64,000 nt of DNA from Bacteroidota bacterium (GTDB lineage Bacteria; Bacteroidota; Bacteroidia; Chitinophagales; Chitinophagaceae), in the NCBI GenBank assembly GCA_041162625.1, contig JBEASE010000005.1:263-64262 (forward strand), read 5' to 3'. A program made the translations under genes and the position numbers. Under the pieces are notes generated by a model. It saw only the letters and a list, made by a program, of their open reading frames with translations, was not told where the DNA came from and did no database searches. Below, piece after piece: positions 9,567 to 18,847 of the stretch; positions within the stretch are counted from its first letter, which is position 1; every line of letters begins with the position of its first letter.

Positions 9567-10907
9567 ATGCAACAACCCAAGCCATTGAACAGTAATCAAC
9601 GTAGAGAGTTTGTAAAAACTGCAGGCCTAGCCTCAGGTGCAATTATAGCAGCACCCCTATTAAGTAATGCCAATTTTTATTCCGGTGCAACAGAAGCAAT
9701 CAAGATAGCATTGATTGGATGTGGTGGTAGAGGGACTGGCGCAGCAGTGCAAGCATTGAGAAGCAAACAAAATGTAAAGCTTGTGGCTATGGCCGATGCT
9801 TTTAAAGATAGAATTGATAGTGCTTATAAAGCCATAACCGGTGACTTATCTGAAGCTGGTATTAATGGGGACATAAAACAACTAATTGATGTACCTGAAG
9901 AAAGAAAGTTCGTAGGGTTTGATGCTTACAAACAAGCGATAGCCTTAGCAGATGTTGTGATTCTTACAACTCCTCCAGGATTTAGACCAATTCATTTCGA
10001 AGAAGCGGTAAATCAAAATAAGCACATCTTCATGGAGAAACCGGTTGCAACAGATCCTGAAGGCGTCAAGAAAGTACTCGCTACAGCAGCCGTTGCAAAA
10101 TCTAAAAAATTAAATGTTGTTGTTGGTCTACAAAGACATTATCAAAATTCATACCGTGAACTTTTCAAGAGAAAAGATATGATTGGTGAAATCACTTCAG
10201 CACAAGCTTGGTGGAACAACGATGGTGTATGGGTGAACCAAAGAAAAGAAGGTCAGACTGAAATGGAATACCAAATGCGCAATTGGTATTATTTCAATTG
10301 GCTTTGCGGAGATCATATTACTGAGCAACATATCCACAACATTGATGTTATCAACTGGTTCAAAGGTGCATATCCTGTGAAGGCACAGGGTATGGGCGGA
10401 AGAGAAGTAAGAAAAGGAAAAGATAATGGCGAGATCTTCGATCATCACTATGTTGAATTTCACTATGCCGATGGCTCAATACTGAACAGTCAATGTCGTC
10501 ATATTAAAAACACAATGGCTAAAGTAGATGAACTCATTGTTGGCACGAAAGGAAAAATATTCTGTGGTGCAGCCAATATTAGAGATCACAAAGGTGGATT
10601 ACTTTATCAGTTCGACAGAAAGACTGAAAACGATCCCTATCAATCAGAACACGATGAATTATTTGCTGCAATTGCAAAAGGCGAATACAAATTTGCTGAT
10701 GCTGAAAATGGGGCTAAAAGCACCATGACTTCTATCTTGGGAAGAATGGCAACTTATAGTGGCAAGTTAGTTGAGTGGGACAAAGCGTTGAATTGCGGTT
10801 TGAATCTACAACCTAGCGCATATACCTGGAATACTTTACCCCAATCATTACCAGATGCTAATGGCCAGTATAAGATTGCTGTACCCGGTGTAACTAAATT
10901 TTACTAA
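9567..10907 (+). CDS. Tat-exported Gfo/Idh/MocA-family NAD-dependent oxidoreductase (possibly GH109-like or a glycoside 3-dehydrogenase)
   Basis: Twin-arginine leader QRREFVKTAGLASGAIIAAP, Rossmann motif KIALIGCGGRGTGAA and EKP motif FMEKPVA. Length is 446 aa. Confidence 0.85.
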   Translation: MQQPKPLNSNQRREFVKTAGLASGAIIAAPLLSNANFYSGATEAIKIALIGCGGRGTGAAVQALRSKQNVKLVAMADAFKDRIDSAYKAITGDLSEAGINGDIKQLIDVPEERKFVGFDAYKQAIALADVVILTTPPGFRPIHFEEAVNQNKHIFMEKPVATDPEGVKKVLATAAVAKSKKLNVVVGLQRHYQNSYRELFKRKDMIGEITSAQAWWNNDGVWVNQRKEGQTEMEYQMRNWYYFNWLCGDHITEQHIHNIDVINWFKGAYPVKAQGMGGREVRKGKDNGEIFDHHYVEFHYADGSILNSQCRHIKNTMAKVDELIVGTKGKIFCGAANIRDHKGGLLYQFDRKTENDPYQSEHDELFAAIAKGEYKFADAENGAKSTMTSILGRMATYSGKLVEWDKALNCGLNLQPSAYTWNTLPQSLPDANGQYKIAVPGVTKFY

Positions 10908-10934
10908 GGCAGAACCTACACTAATTCAACATTT

Positions 10935-11450
10935 TTACTCATCATTCCTCACTAAAGTGAGGAATGATTTTTTTTGCACCTCACTGATGTAATTGATATC
11001 AGTTTGTCTTTTACATAAATAACGGAAAATGATAGTGCCAGTTTTGGATGGCGATACTACATTTACCACATTACTTGAAGATACGGAGTCATGCATATCA
11101 GAAAGTATAATCTCTAATTGATCTTCTTTAAAATCTGTAGGCTTGAGCAATTGGTAAAAAAAGGTATTTGACTCGTAAAAGGCTATTGAAAAATAATCCA
11201 ATCCATCTGGAACCTTACCAGTTAATCGCAAATTTCCATTACTCAAATCATAAAAAACAAGCGTGTAAATAAAATCCGGATTGGGTGTATCAGGTGTTGC
11301 TGGCGAAGGTAGTTTGGAGTGGATTAAACTATTTCTCTCCTTCCCAATTTTTAATTCAACAGCTTTCTGTACCACAAACGGATATACATATAAAAAAGTC
11401 CAGTAGCCCAACACACCCAGTAAAACAAAAAGAATGACTTTCAATTTCAT
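10935..11450 (-). CDS. DUF1254-like small membrane-anchored protein
   Basis: N-terminal TM segment, then PNPDFIYTLVFYDLSNGNLRLTGKVPD...YFSIAFYE, which resembles the DUF1254 core as I recall it. There is a 4-nt overlap with the upstream gene. Confidence 0.55.
   Translation of the reverse strand: MKLKVILFVLLGVLGYWTFLYVYPFVVQKAVELKIGKERNSLIHSKLPSPATPDTPNPDFIYTLVFYDLSNGNLRLTGKVPDGLDYFSIAFYESNTFFYQLLKPTDFKEDQLEIILSDMHDSVSSSNVVNVVSPSKTGTIIFRYLCKRQTDINYISEVQKKSFLTLVRNDE
10942..10975 (+). terminator. Intrinsic terminator for the Gfo/Idh/MocA gene
   Basis: TCATTCCTCAC (10942-10952), loop TAAA, GTGAGGAATGA (10957-10967), then T8 (10968-10975). It lies inside the last 9 codons of the convergent ORF 10935-11450. 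Confidence 0.8.
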
Positions 11451-12004
11451 AGTTTTCTTATTCTAGGTAAAGAGCTGGCTTGAATTGGAAAAAATAAAGC
11501 AGGAGGCTGATACACCCTATAACAAAGCACAAAATTTCCCTCTTGTGGAGCTGGAAGCCAGTTTCCCATAGCATTTTCACTGCTTATGGTAAAGCTATAT
11601 GACTCTCCCAAATCCACACCAAGCGTTGTTGCATTGAAATGGTACCTCTTTATTGAATTTTGAACCAACCGATATTGTGCATCATACAAAGTGATGCTCC
11701 ATATATTTGTTTCGGGCGCTATGCCTGTGATTTCATAGCGCTGATCAGCCTTTAATGTATTGCCTTCATCATCTTCAACTGCCATGAAATAAACTACTTC
11801 TTCTTGGGGTAATGCAAAAACCCCAACTTTGGTACGTTTAGCCTTTTGGAAAACAGATTCAGATGGTTTACCAATTTCAAGATTTGTTTTCCAGGATGAC
11901 CCTTCAATTGTATTAGGAGTAAGATTAGTAAATGATAATACACAATAGCCTAGAATACTACCCAATACAAGAGCAATAAGGACCAACCAAAAAATTCTTT
12001 TCAT
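11447..12004 (-). CDS. DUF1214-like small membrane-anchored protein
   Basis: N-terminal TM segment, then WSITLYDAQYRLVQN...GNWLPAPQEGNFVLCYRVYQP, which resembles the DUF1214 core (NWLP.P...F.l..R.Y.P). Confidence 0.6.
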   Translation of the reverse strand: MKRIFWLVLIALVLGSILGYCVLSFTNLTPNTIEGSSWKTNLEIGKPSESVFQKAKRTKVGVFALPQEEVVYFMAVEDDEGNTLKADQRYEITGIAPETNIWSITLYDAQYRLVQNSIKRYHFNATTLGVDLGESYSFTISSENAMGNWLPAPQEGNFVLCYRVYQPPALFFPIQASSLPRIRKL

Positions 12005-12012
12005 CTATCTCT

Positions 12013-13398
12013 TTAATTTTTATCGGTCCGAAAAAGATTAACAGGCAGTCCTTCTGCAGAAAAAAGATTAGGCATTGCTGTATTGGTGAAACCGAAGCGA
12101 ACATCTTTAGGTTCTTTGAGTGATGGATGATACACAATCACAGTTCTGCCTTCAATCCTAGCTTTAGCAGGCAAGAAATTTCCATCTGCTCCTGCAATTT
12201 GAAAATCAGTGAGCTCGCCACCTTTAGCAACTAGGGCAGTCGGCACATTATCAAAGTTGATTCTTATAGCTGCTTTCTCTATGGTATGAGATTTATATAC
12301 CGGACTTTTATAAGGCCCTCTATTAAATTCGTATGTTTCTGCCAAAGCGTATTCTGCGAGACGAGCAGCCACTTCCTTTTTCAAATTGGGATGAATATCT
12401 TTTACATTATCCACTAAATCACTTACTACAACCATGCCTGTTTTAGGATGTGAAGCAGCTTGCGTTTGCGCTTCTCTTAAATAAGCTCCATTGATGTGTG
12501 CATCACTGTAAGCAAATGGAGCAATTTGAACGAAATAAAATGGAAATTCTTTGTTCCAAGCTTTTCTCCAACTATCAATCATGCTCGTAAATAAACGTTT
12601 ATAACCATAATGGGTATCAACATTACTTTCACCTTGGTACCAAAGTACCCCTGCTATTGAAAAATTTGTTAGTGGATAAATCATGGCATTGTAGGCATCT
12701 CCACTTTGATATGGCCACCAATCAAATGGAGGAATTTTTCCTGCTGCCTTTGCCAATTCAGGATCATTGAGTACAACATCAGCAGGCGTCCAAACTTCTG
12801 CGGGTGTTCCACCCCAGTTGCTGTTAATCAACCCTACGGGATAATTGGTGGATGCATTAATTTGTTTTCCGAAAAAATAACCTATGGCACTGAAGTGAAG
12901 CATGTCTTGAGGATTACAGACTACCCAACGCGCACGTACATCATCTTGGGGTGTTGAAGAAGTTGATTTTGGCACATAGAAAAACCTGATATTTTGATTG
13001 GTTGCCTTAGGCGACTCATCTTTTGATTGTTGAAGTCCCTGATCAGCCGACCACTCCATATTGCTTTGTCCAGAGCAAACCCACACTTCGCCAATCAATA
13101 CATCCTCCAACACAATTTCATTTGCACCTTTTATTTTAATGGTATAAGGTCCACCTGCTTTGGGTGTATTGATTACAGTCATCCATCTTGCCCCCCTATC
13201 ACCTTTGGTCACATATTTTGTGGTATCCCAACTAACGGATATAGTTATAGTTTCAGCTGGTGCTGACCAACCCCATAGTTTCACCTTTGATTGTTGCTGC
13301 AAAACCATATGAGAACCTAAAATAGAAGGCAGCCTAACATCAGCAAATGCTGAATAATAAAGCACTATTAATAAAGACAGTAATTGAATTTTTTTCAT
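12013..13398 (-). CDS. Sialate O-acetylesterase-like SGNH/SASA-family carbohydrate esterase
   Basis: Signal peptide, catalytic-Ser motif CSGQSNME, and WYQGESN. Length is 461 aa. Confidence 0.85.
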   Translation of the reverse strand: MKKIQLLSLLIVLYYSAFADVRLPSILGSHMVLQQQSKVKLWGWSAPAETITISVSWDTTKYVTKGDRGARWMTVINTPKAGGPYTIKIKGANEIVLEDVLIGEVWVCSGQSNMEWSADQGLQQSKDESPKATNQNIRFFYVPKSTSSTPQDDVRARWVVCNPQDMLHFSAIGYFFGKQINASTNYPVGLINSNWGGTPAEVWTPADVVLNDPELAKAAGKIPPFDWWPYQSGDAYNAMIYPLTNFSIAGVLWYQGESNVDTHYGYKRLFTSMIDSWRKAWNKEFPFYFVQIAPFAYSDAHINGAYLREAQTQAASHPKTGMVVVSDLVDNVKDIHPNLKKEVAARLAEYALAETYEFNRGPYKSPVYKSHTIEKAAIRINFDNVPTALVAKGGELTDFQIAGADGNFLPAKARIEGRTVIVYHPSLKEPKDVRFGFTNTAMPNLFSAEGLPVNLFRTDKN

Positions 13399-13459
13399 TT
13401 GGCAAATATTTCTATTTGAAAATAGTGAATTTCCGCAATAGAGATAACTAAAACAATTT

Positions 13460-13467
13460 TACCTTTG
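13460..13467 (+). promoter_or_regulatory. Bacteroidota -7 promoter element (TACCTTTG)
   Basis: Exact TAnnTTTG match 19 nt upstream of the ATG at 13487. Confidence 0.45.
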
Positions 13468-13486
13468 TATTCTAAATGACTCTTCC

Positions 13487-13894
13487 ATGAAAAAATCAGT
13501 TTATATCCTGACTGTAATTGCTTTAATTTCTATTTTCCATTCTACAGCTATGGCTGCTATTCTTCCGCCCACCAAACCTGCTGATGCAAAAACAGCAGTA
13601 ATTATTAATGAATCTGTAAGTGAATTCAAGAATTTATCAAAAACTGAAAAAAAGGAAAGGATTTCAAAAGTTAAAGCTGCAATTCAGCAATACAAAACCA
13701 ATCTTAAGCTTGGAGAAAAAATAGACGACAATAAATTATTGGCTATCATTTTTGCAATATTGATTCCACCAGTTGGGGTAGTGCTCTACGAAAATAAAGT
13801 AACTACTAAATTTTGGATTTCACTTCTGCTTACTTTTATTTTCTGGCTTCCAGGTATGATTTATTCATTATTGGTGGTTACGGACAATGCCTAA
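13487..13894 (+). CDS. YqaE/Pmp3 (UPF0057) family membrane protein with an N-terminal extension of roughly 80 aa
   Basis: The C-terminal LLAIIFAILIPPVGVVLYE...FWISLLLTFIFWLPGMIYSLLVV matches the two-TM Pmp3 core. The N-terminal part is a signal peptide plus a Lys-rich segment. Confidence 0.75.
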   Translation: MKKSVYILTVIALISIFHSTAMAAILPPTKPADAKTAVIINESVSEFKNLSKTEKKERISKVKAAIQQYKTNLKLGEKIDDNKLLAIIFAILIPPVGVVLYENKVTTKFWISLLLTFIFWLPGMIYSLLVVTDNA

Positions 13895-14776
13895 TTAGGA
13901 TAAAACATCCTTTTTTCTGAATACCACTACCGAGGCAACTAAAAAGCCAATAATGTGTAGTAAAAGGATGCCTGCAGAAATCATCACTGCTGTGATGTTT
14001 TCTATTGAGCCAACAATCTGTTCGTTGTTTTCATTGATTTGAACATCAAAGAACCCTTTCCAGCCTAACATGTGACTTGTAAAAAGGAAGGGTTTAACTT
14101 TATCGAAAATAGGCAGCTCGAGTGTATTGATAATAGTGAATACAATTATAATACTCATGGTGGCCATAATAGGACCAATAGAGTTTTCAGCAAAAAGGCT
14201 TAAGAAAAAACTTAGGGCCGCAACAGTTGTCATGGCCAGCGCTGCAAAACCAAAAGCTGCAGCGTAACGCCACAATATATCAGTCTTAACAATTTGAGTA
14301 ACCAAATCACTTTTTAGAATCAGCATATCATCTACACCAAAAACAATCATGGAAATTCCTAGTGCCCATATAGCCATCCAAATCAATATAGCCATAGTAT
14401 AGACGGCAGTCGCACTGAATTTACCCGCAATCAATTTTGCCCTACTAATTGGTTTTGTCAACAAAACCCTCAGTGTACCTTGTGCAGCCTCCCCAGAAAT
14501 CATATCACCTGCTACAAGAGAAATCAGCAAAGGAACATGTACCAGCATCAATTGCAAAATGATGTAGGCCAAGAGGTAACCATTCATGATGTTACCATTG
14601 ATATCAAATGAATCTGTAAATGATTGGAGTCCAAACTGCATGTAACTTTTCCCATTTGCATAAAAACCGAACTGAATAAGTCCAACAATTGCAGCAATAG
14701 CTCCAAATGCAATATACGTTCTAGGTTTTCTAAAAATCTTGTATAACTCTAAATATACAATAGTACTAAACTTCAT
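13895..14776 (-). CDS. ABC-2 type transporter permease
   Basis: 293 aa with about 6 TM spans. It overlaps the stop of the upstream ATPase gene by 11 nt. Confidence 0.8.
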   Translation of the reverse strand: MKFSTIVYLELYKIFRKPRTYIAFGAIAAIVGLIQFGFYANGKSYMQFGLQSFTDSFDINGNIMNGYLLAYIILQLMLVHVPLLISLVAGDMISGEAAQGTLRVLLTKPISRAKLIAGKFSATAVYTMAILIWMAIWALGISMIVFGVDDMLILKSDLVTQIVKTDILWRYAAAFGFAALAMTTVAALSFFLSLFAENSIGPIMATMSIIIVFTIINTLELPIFDKVKPFLFTSHMLGWKGFFDVQINENNEQIVGSIENITAVMISAGILLLHIIGFLVASVVVFRKKDVLS

Positions 14777-15677
14777 TTCCAGTAGTTAAGGATAGAAAAT
14801 ATGCCTCTAATGAGTTCATCGAACGAAGGCTGGTTACATTTATGTTACTTTCTACCAGCAGCTTATTTAGCTGACCGATAGCTTGAGCTTCTGTCTCCAC
14901 AATCAATTTACCATCAGGAGCATATTTCAGTCCGTTTGCCCAATTGCTATTTTCAATCAATTGTTTTGCCTTGAGACTATCATCCACTGCTATCTCTAAT
15001 CTTACATGGTTAGGATTCAACAATTCATTTACTCGACCTTCTACAATTTTCTTTCCTTTATTTATAATCAACATACTATCAGCTACCTGTTCAATCTCTG
15101 ACAACAGATGCGATGAAACGAGAACAGTTTTTTTTCTTTCTTTACTCAAATACAATATCAGATTACGTATATCTGCAATACCTTGAGGATCTAAACCATT
15201 GGTAGGTTCATCTAGAATGATGAAGGCTGGATCATGTACTAGTGCAACAGCAATTCCTAAACGTTGTTTCATCCCTTGTGAATATACTCTAACTGGATCA
15301 TGACATCTTTTTTCCAAGCCAACCAGAGCAAGTGTTTGGTTGATTGTTTCTTTTGAAATGTGCTTACCGCTCATTTTTGCAAACAGGCTGAGGTTCTCAT
15401 AACCAGTTAGATATTTATAGAGATCTGGTTTTTCAACAACAGCACCCATTTGATTGAGTATAGCTTCTCGGTGTGCTGTAATTGATTTTCCAAACAATTG
15501 AATAGAACCACTTGTAGGTGCAATCAGAGATAAAAGCATCCGGATGGTTGTAGACTTTCCCGCGCCATTTTGCCCAAGGAAGCCATATACCTCTCCCTGT
15601 TGAACTGAAAAAGATAAGTCATCAACTGCTACAAAATTCCCAAAGTGTTTTTTTAAATGCTCAACCTCAAGGATCAT
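14766..15677 (-). CDS. ABC transporter ATP-binding protein
   Basis: Walker A GQNGAGKST, signature YSQGMKQRL and Walker B FIILDEP. I moved the start to the internal ATG (MILEVEHLKKHFG). The 16-codon extension in the ORF track is hydrophobic junk. Confidence 0.9.
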   Translation of the reverse strand: MILEVEHLKKHFGNFVAVDDLSFSVQQGEVYGFLGQNGAGKSTTIRMLLSLIAPTSGSIQLFGKSITAHREAILNQMGAVVEKPDLYKYLTGYENLSLFAKMSGKHISKETINQTLALVGLEKRCHDPVRVYSQGMKQRLGIAVALVHDPAFIILDEPTNGLDPQGIADIRNLILYLSKERKKTVLVSSHLLSEIEQVADSMLIINKGKKIVEGRVNELLNPNHVRLEIAVDDSLKAKQLIENSNWANGLKYAPDGKLIVETEAQAIGQLNKLLVESNINVTSLRSMNSLEAYFLSLTTGNEV

Positions 15678-15744
15678 GATGGCTTTATTGATTATAAACA
15701 AATTGAACAAGCACAATTTAAGCAATAAATTGTTGCTATAATTT

Positions 15745-15779
15745 CAATAAAAAAGCGCTGGTTGATTACCAGCGCTTTT
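15745..15779 (-). terminator. Intrinsic terminator directly after atpA
   Basis: AAAAGCGCTGG (15751-15761) pairs with CCAGCGCTTTT (15769-15779) around a 7-nt loop. On the minus strand the stem is followed by a U-rich tract (GCGCTTTTTTATTG). Confidence 0.8.
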
Positions 15780-15799
15780 GAAGTATTTCATTATAACTA

Positions 15800-17377
15800 T
15801 TACTTGTATTGTGCAATAATTGTTTTAGCAAACTCAACCATGGTCTTGATACCATCTTCAGGAAGGTTGCCTTTCTTGAATTCAGCCAAAATCTGTGGAT
15901 GTTTAGCTTCCAACTCAGACAAGAACTGCTCTTCAAAGTCCTTCACATTTTTAACTGGAACTTGCTGAAGTAAACCTTGTGTACCCAAATAGATAATTGC
16001 AACTTGCTTTTCTACTGGTACTGGTTGGTATTGTCCTTGTTTAAGGATTTCTACGTTACGTGCACCTTTATCGATAACCGATTTGGTAGCAGCATCAAGA
16101 TCACCACCAAATTTAGAGAAGGCCTCTAACTCACGGTAAAGTGCTTGGTCGAGTTTCAAAGTACCAGATACTTTTTTCATCGACTTGATCTGTGCGTTAC
16201 CACCCACACGGCTTACAGAAATACCTACGTTAATGGCTGGACGAATACCTGCATTGAACAAGTTAGATTCCAAGAATATTTGTCCGTCTGTAATTGAAAT
16301 TACGTTGGTTGGGATATAAGCAGATACGTCACCCGCTTGTGTTTCGATGATTGGCAAAGCAGTTAACGAACCACCACCTTTTACAAGATGTTTGATTGAA
16401 TCAGGCAAATCATTCATTTTAGCTGCAACTTCATCTTTTGCAATCACCTTTGCAGCACGCTCTAATAAACGACTGTGTAAATAGAATACGTCACCAGGAT
16501 ATGCTTCACGTCCAGGAGGGCGACGCAACAACAAAGAAACCTCACGGTAAGCAACAGCCTGTTTAGAAAGATCATCATAAATAATCAAGGCCGCATTTCC
16601 AGTATCACGAAGGAACTCTCCAATCGCCGCACCAGCAAATGGTGCATAGAATTGAAGAGGTGCTGGGTCAGCAGCAGGCGCAGCAACAATGATGGTATAA
16701 TCCATCGCACCATTATCCTCTAACGTTTTCATTACACCTGCGATAGTTGAGGCTTTCTGACCAATCGCTACATAGATACAATAAACAGGCTTACCTGCTT
16801 TGTAGAATTCTTTTTGGTTGATGATGGTGTCAATTGCAATGGCAGTTTTACCAGTCTGACGGTCACCGATAATCAACTCACGCTGACCTCTTCCGATAGG
16901 AATCATGGCATCAATAGCCTTGAGACCAGTTTGTAGTGGTTCTTTAACCGGCTCACGAAAAATTACACCTGGAGCTTTACGCTCTATTGGCATTTCATAA
17001 AGATCACCTGCAATTGGACCTTTACCATCTATTGGTTCACCCAAAGTATTGATTACTCGTCCTACCAAACCCATACCTGCTTTGATAGAAGCAATCATAC
17101 CTGTTCTTTTTACTTTAGAACCTTCTTTGATACCTGTACCCTCACCCATCAAAACCACACCCACATTATCTTCTTCAAGGTTCAAGGCAATGGCTTTTAC
17201 GCCATTTTCAAACTCAACAAGTTCGCCTGACTTTACATTGTTCAATCCGTAAACACGAGCAATACCGTCACCTACCTGAAGAACGGTGCCCACTTCTTCT
17301 AATTCAGCAGAGGTATTGAAATTGCTCAGCTGCTGACGAAGTATTGCTGAAATCTCATCGGGCTTAATGTCTATCAT
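15800..17377 (-). CDS. atpA: F1 ATP synthase subunit alpha
   Basis: Walker A GDRQTGKT. Clear alpha-subunit similarity over the full 525 aa. Confidence 0.97.
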   Translation of the reverse strand: MIDIKPDEISAILRQQLSNFNTSAELEEVGTVLQVGDGIARVYGLNNVKSGELVEFENGVKAIALNLEEDNVGVVLMGEGTGIKEGSKVKRTGMIASIKAGMGLVGRVINTLGEPIDGKGPIAGDLYEMPIERKAPGVIFREPVKEPLQTGLKAIDAMIPIGRGQRELIIGDRQTGKTAIAIDTIINQKEFYKAGKPVYCIYVAIGQKASTIAGVMKTLEDNGAMDYTIIVAAPAADPAPLQFYAPFAGAAIGEFLRDTGNAALIIYDDLSKQAVAYREVSLLLRRPPGREAYPGDVFYLHSRLLERAAKVIAKDEVAAKMNDLPDSIKHLVKGGGSLTALPIIETQAGDVSAYIPTNVISITDGQIFLESNLFNAGIRPAINVGISVSRVGGNAQIKSMKKVSGTLKLDQALYRELEAFSKFGGDLDAATKSVIDKGARNVEILKQGQYQPVPVEKQVAIIYLGTQGLLQQVPVKNVKDFEEQFLSELEAKHPQILAEFKKGNLPEDGIKTMVEFAKTIIAQYK

Positions 17378-17407
17378 ATCTGATGATTTAAAAAATGATT
17401 CTTATGA

Positions 17408-17971
17408 TTATTTAATTTGACTAACGTACATGTTTTTGATAAACTGCTTCTTGATAAATTGAAGATCATGCTTAATACTTGCATCAAATAATTTATCATC
17501 TACCTGCATCACCAATCCACCAATGATTGAAGGATCTATTTTTTCTTTTAATTCAATTTTCTTACCAGTTAGCATTTTATTGTTCTCCAATTCCTTTACA
17601 ATCGATTGCCTAACCTCATCAGAAACGGCTACAGCAGTAGTCATTTCAACAACTTTAATGCCTTTGTGCAAGCGATACTTATCAAAGTATGCTTCAATTA
17701 TATCTTTAATGGCCACTGATCTACCTTTGTGAAAAATCAATTTGAAGAAAGACACTGTGATGGGCTGAACATGTTGCGCAAAAACAGCTTCAAAAATTGA
17801 AGTTTTTTTGTCACTTCCAATCACAGGAGAGCTTAACACAGTACTTAATTCTTTGTGGTTAGCCTGCTGAATGGTATTCAAATCTGCATGAACTTGGTCA
17901 ACCTTGCCTGTTTCCAGGGCAAGATCAAACAAAGCTTTTGCGTAACGATATGCAACTTTAGAGTGACCCAT
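17408..17971 (-). CDS. atpH: F1 ATP synthase subunit delta (OSCP)
   Basis: 187 aa, begins VAYRYAKALFDLA, and sits between atpF and atpA. Confidence 0.9.
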   Translation of the reverse strand: MGHSKVAYRYAKALFDLALETGKVDQVHADLNTIQQANHKELSTVLSSPVIGSDKKTSIFEAVFAQHVQPITVSFFKLIFHKGRSVAIKDIIEAYFDKYRLHKGIKVVEMTTAVAVSDEVRQSIVKELENNKMLTGKKIELKEKIDPSIIGGLVMQVDDKLFDASIKHDLQFIKKQFIKNMYVSQIK

Positions 17972-17980
17972 GTTCTACAA

Positions 17981-18481
17981 TTAGTTTCCAAACTGATGAA
18001 GTTCACCAGCCATTTGCTGAATATATTTTTCCTGATCTGCTTTGTTATCTAGTTGCTTACGAATAACCTTTTCAGCAACTTCAATAACCATGTTACCAAT
18101 CTGATTTTTAACATCAGTAAGTGCAGCCATTTTTTGTGTTTGGATAGCAGCCTGAGCATCAGCAATAATTTTTGCTGCCTCTGCTTTAGCCTGATCCTTA
18201 GCTTCATTTACAATACGATCCTTGGTTTCTTTAGCCTCTTTCAACATCTGAGAACGCTCTTCACGCGCCTGTACCATTAAAGCTTCATTCTCACTTTTTA
18301 ACTGTGCCATTTCAGCCTTTACCTTTTGAGCAGAGGCCAGTGACTCAGCAATACCAGTTTCACGCTCCGACAATGATTTGATGATAATTCCCCATGCATA
18401 CTTTTTTAAAATGAAGAATACAAGTAGAAAAGCAACAAGGGTCCACACCAAAAGACCTATACCAGGTAATAAAAGATCCAT
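17981..18481 (-). CDS. atpF: F0 ATP synthase subunit b
   Basis: A single N-terminal TM segment followed by a long charged coiled coil. Position in the operon fits. Confidence 0.9.
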   Translation of the reverse strand: MDLLLPGIGLLVWTLVAFLLVFFILKKYAWGIIIKSLSERETGIAESLASAQKVKAEMAQLKSENEALMVQAREERSQMLKEAKETKDRIVNEAKDQAKAEAAKIIADAQAAIQTQKMAALTDVKNQIGNMVIEVAEKVIRKQLDNKADQEKYIQQMAGELHQFGN

Positions 18482-18512
18482 GTTTTATATTTTAAAGGAC
18501 TTGTTTTTAAAG

Positions 18513-18547
18513 TACTGCATCCTCCGCCCTGTGCATTGGATGCAGTA
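18513..18547 (-). other. Intercistronic stem-loop between atpE and atpF
   Basis: 10-bp perfect stem, TACTGCATCC (18513-18522) with GGATGCAGTA (18538-18547), and a 15-nt loop. No U-run follows on the minus strand. Confidence 0.55.
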
Positions 18548-18571
18548 TGAATTTGGCGAAATGCTGAATGA

Positions 18572-18847
<276 letters not shown>

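Noticed and set aside
10935-12004. Possibility that the two small DUF1214/DUF1254-like ORFs are a frameshifted pseudogene of a fused gene.
   Set aside because: The domain order is the reverse of the fused form, and each ORF has its own start and N-terminal hydrophobic anchor. A single frameshift cannot explain the arrangement.
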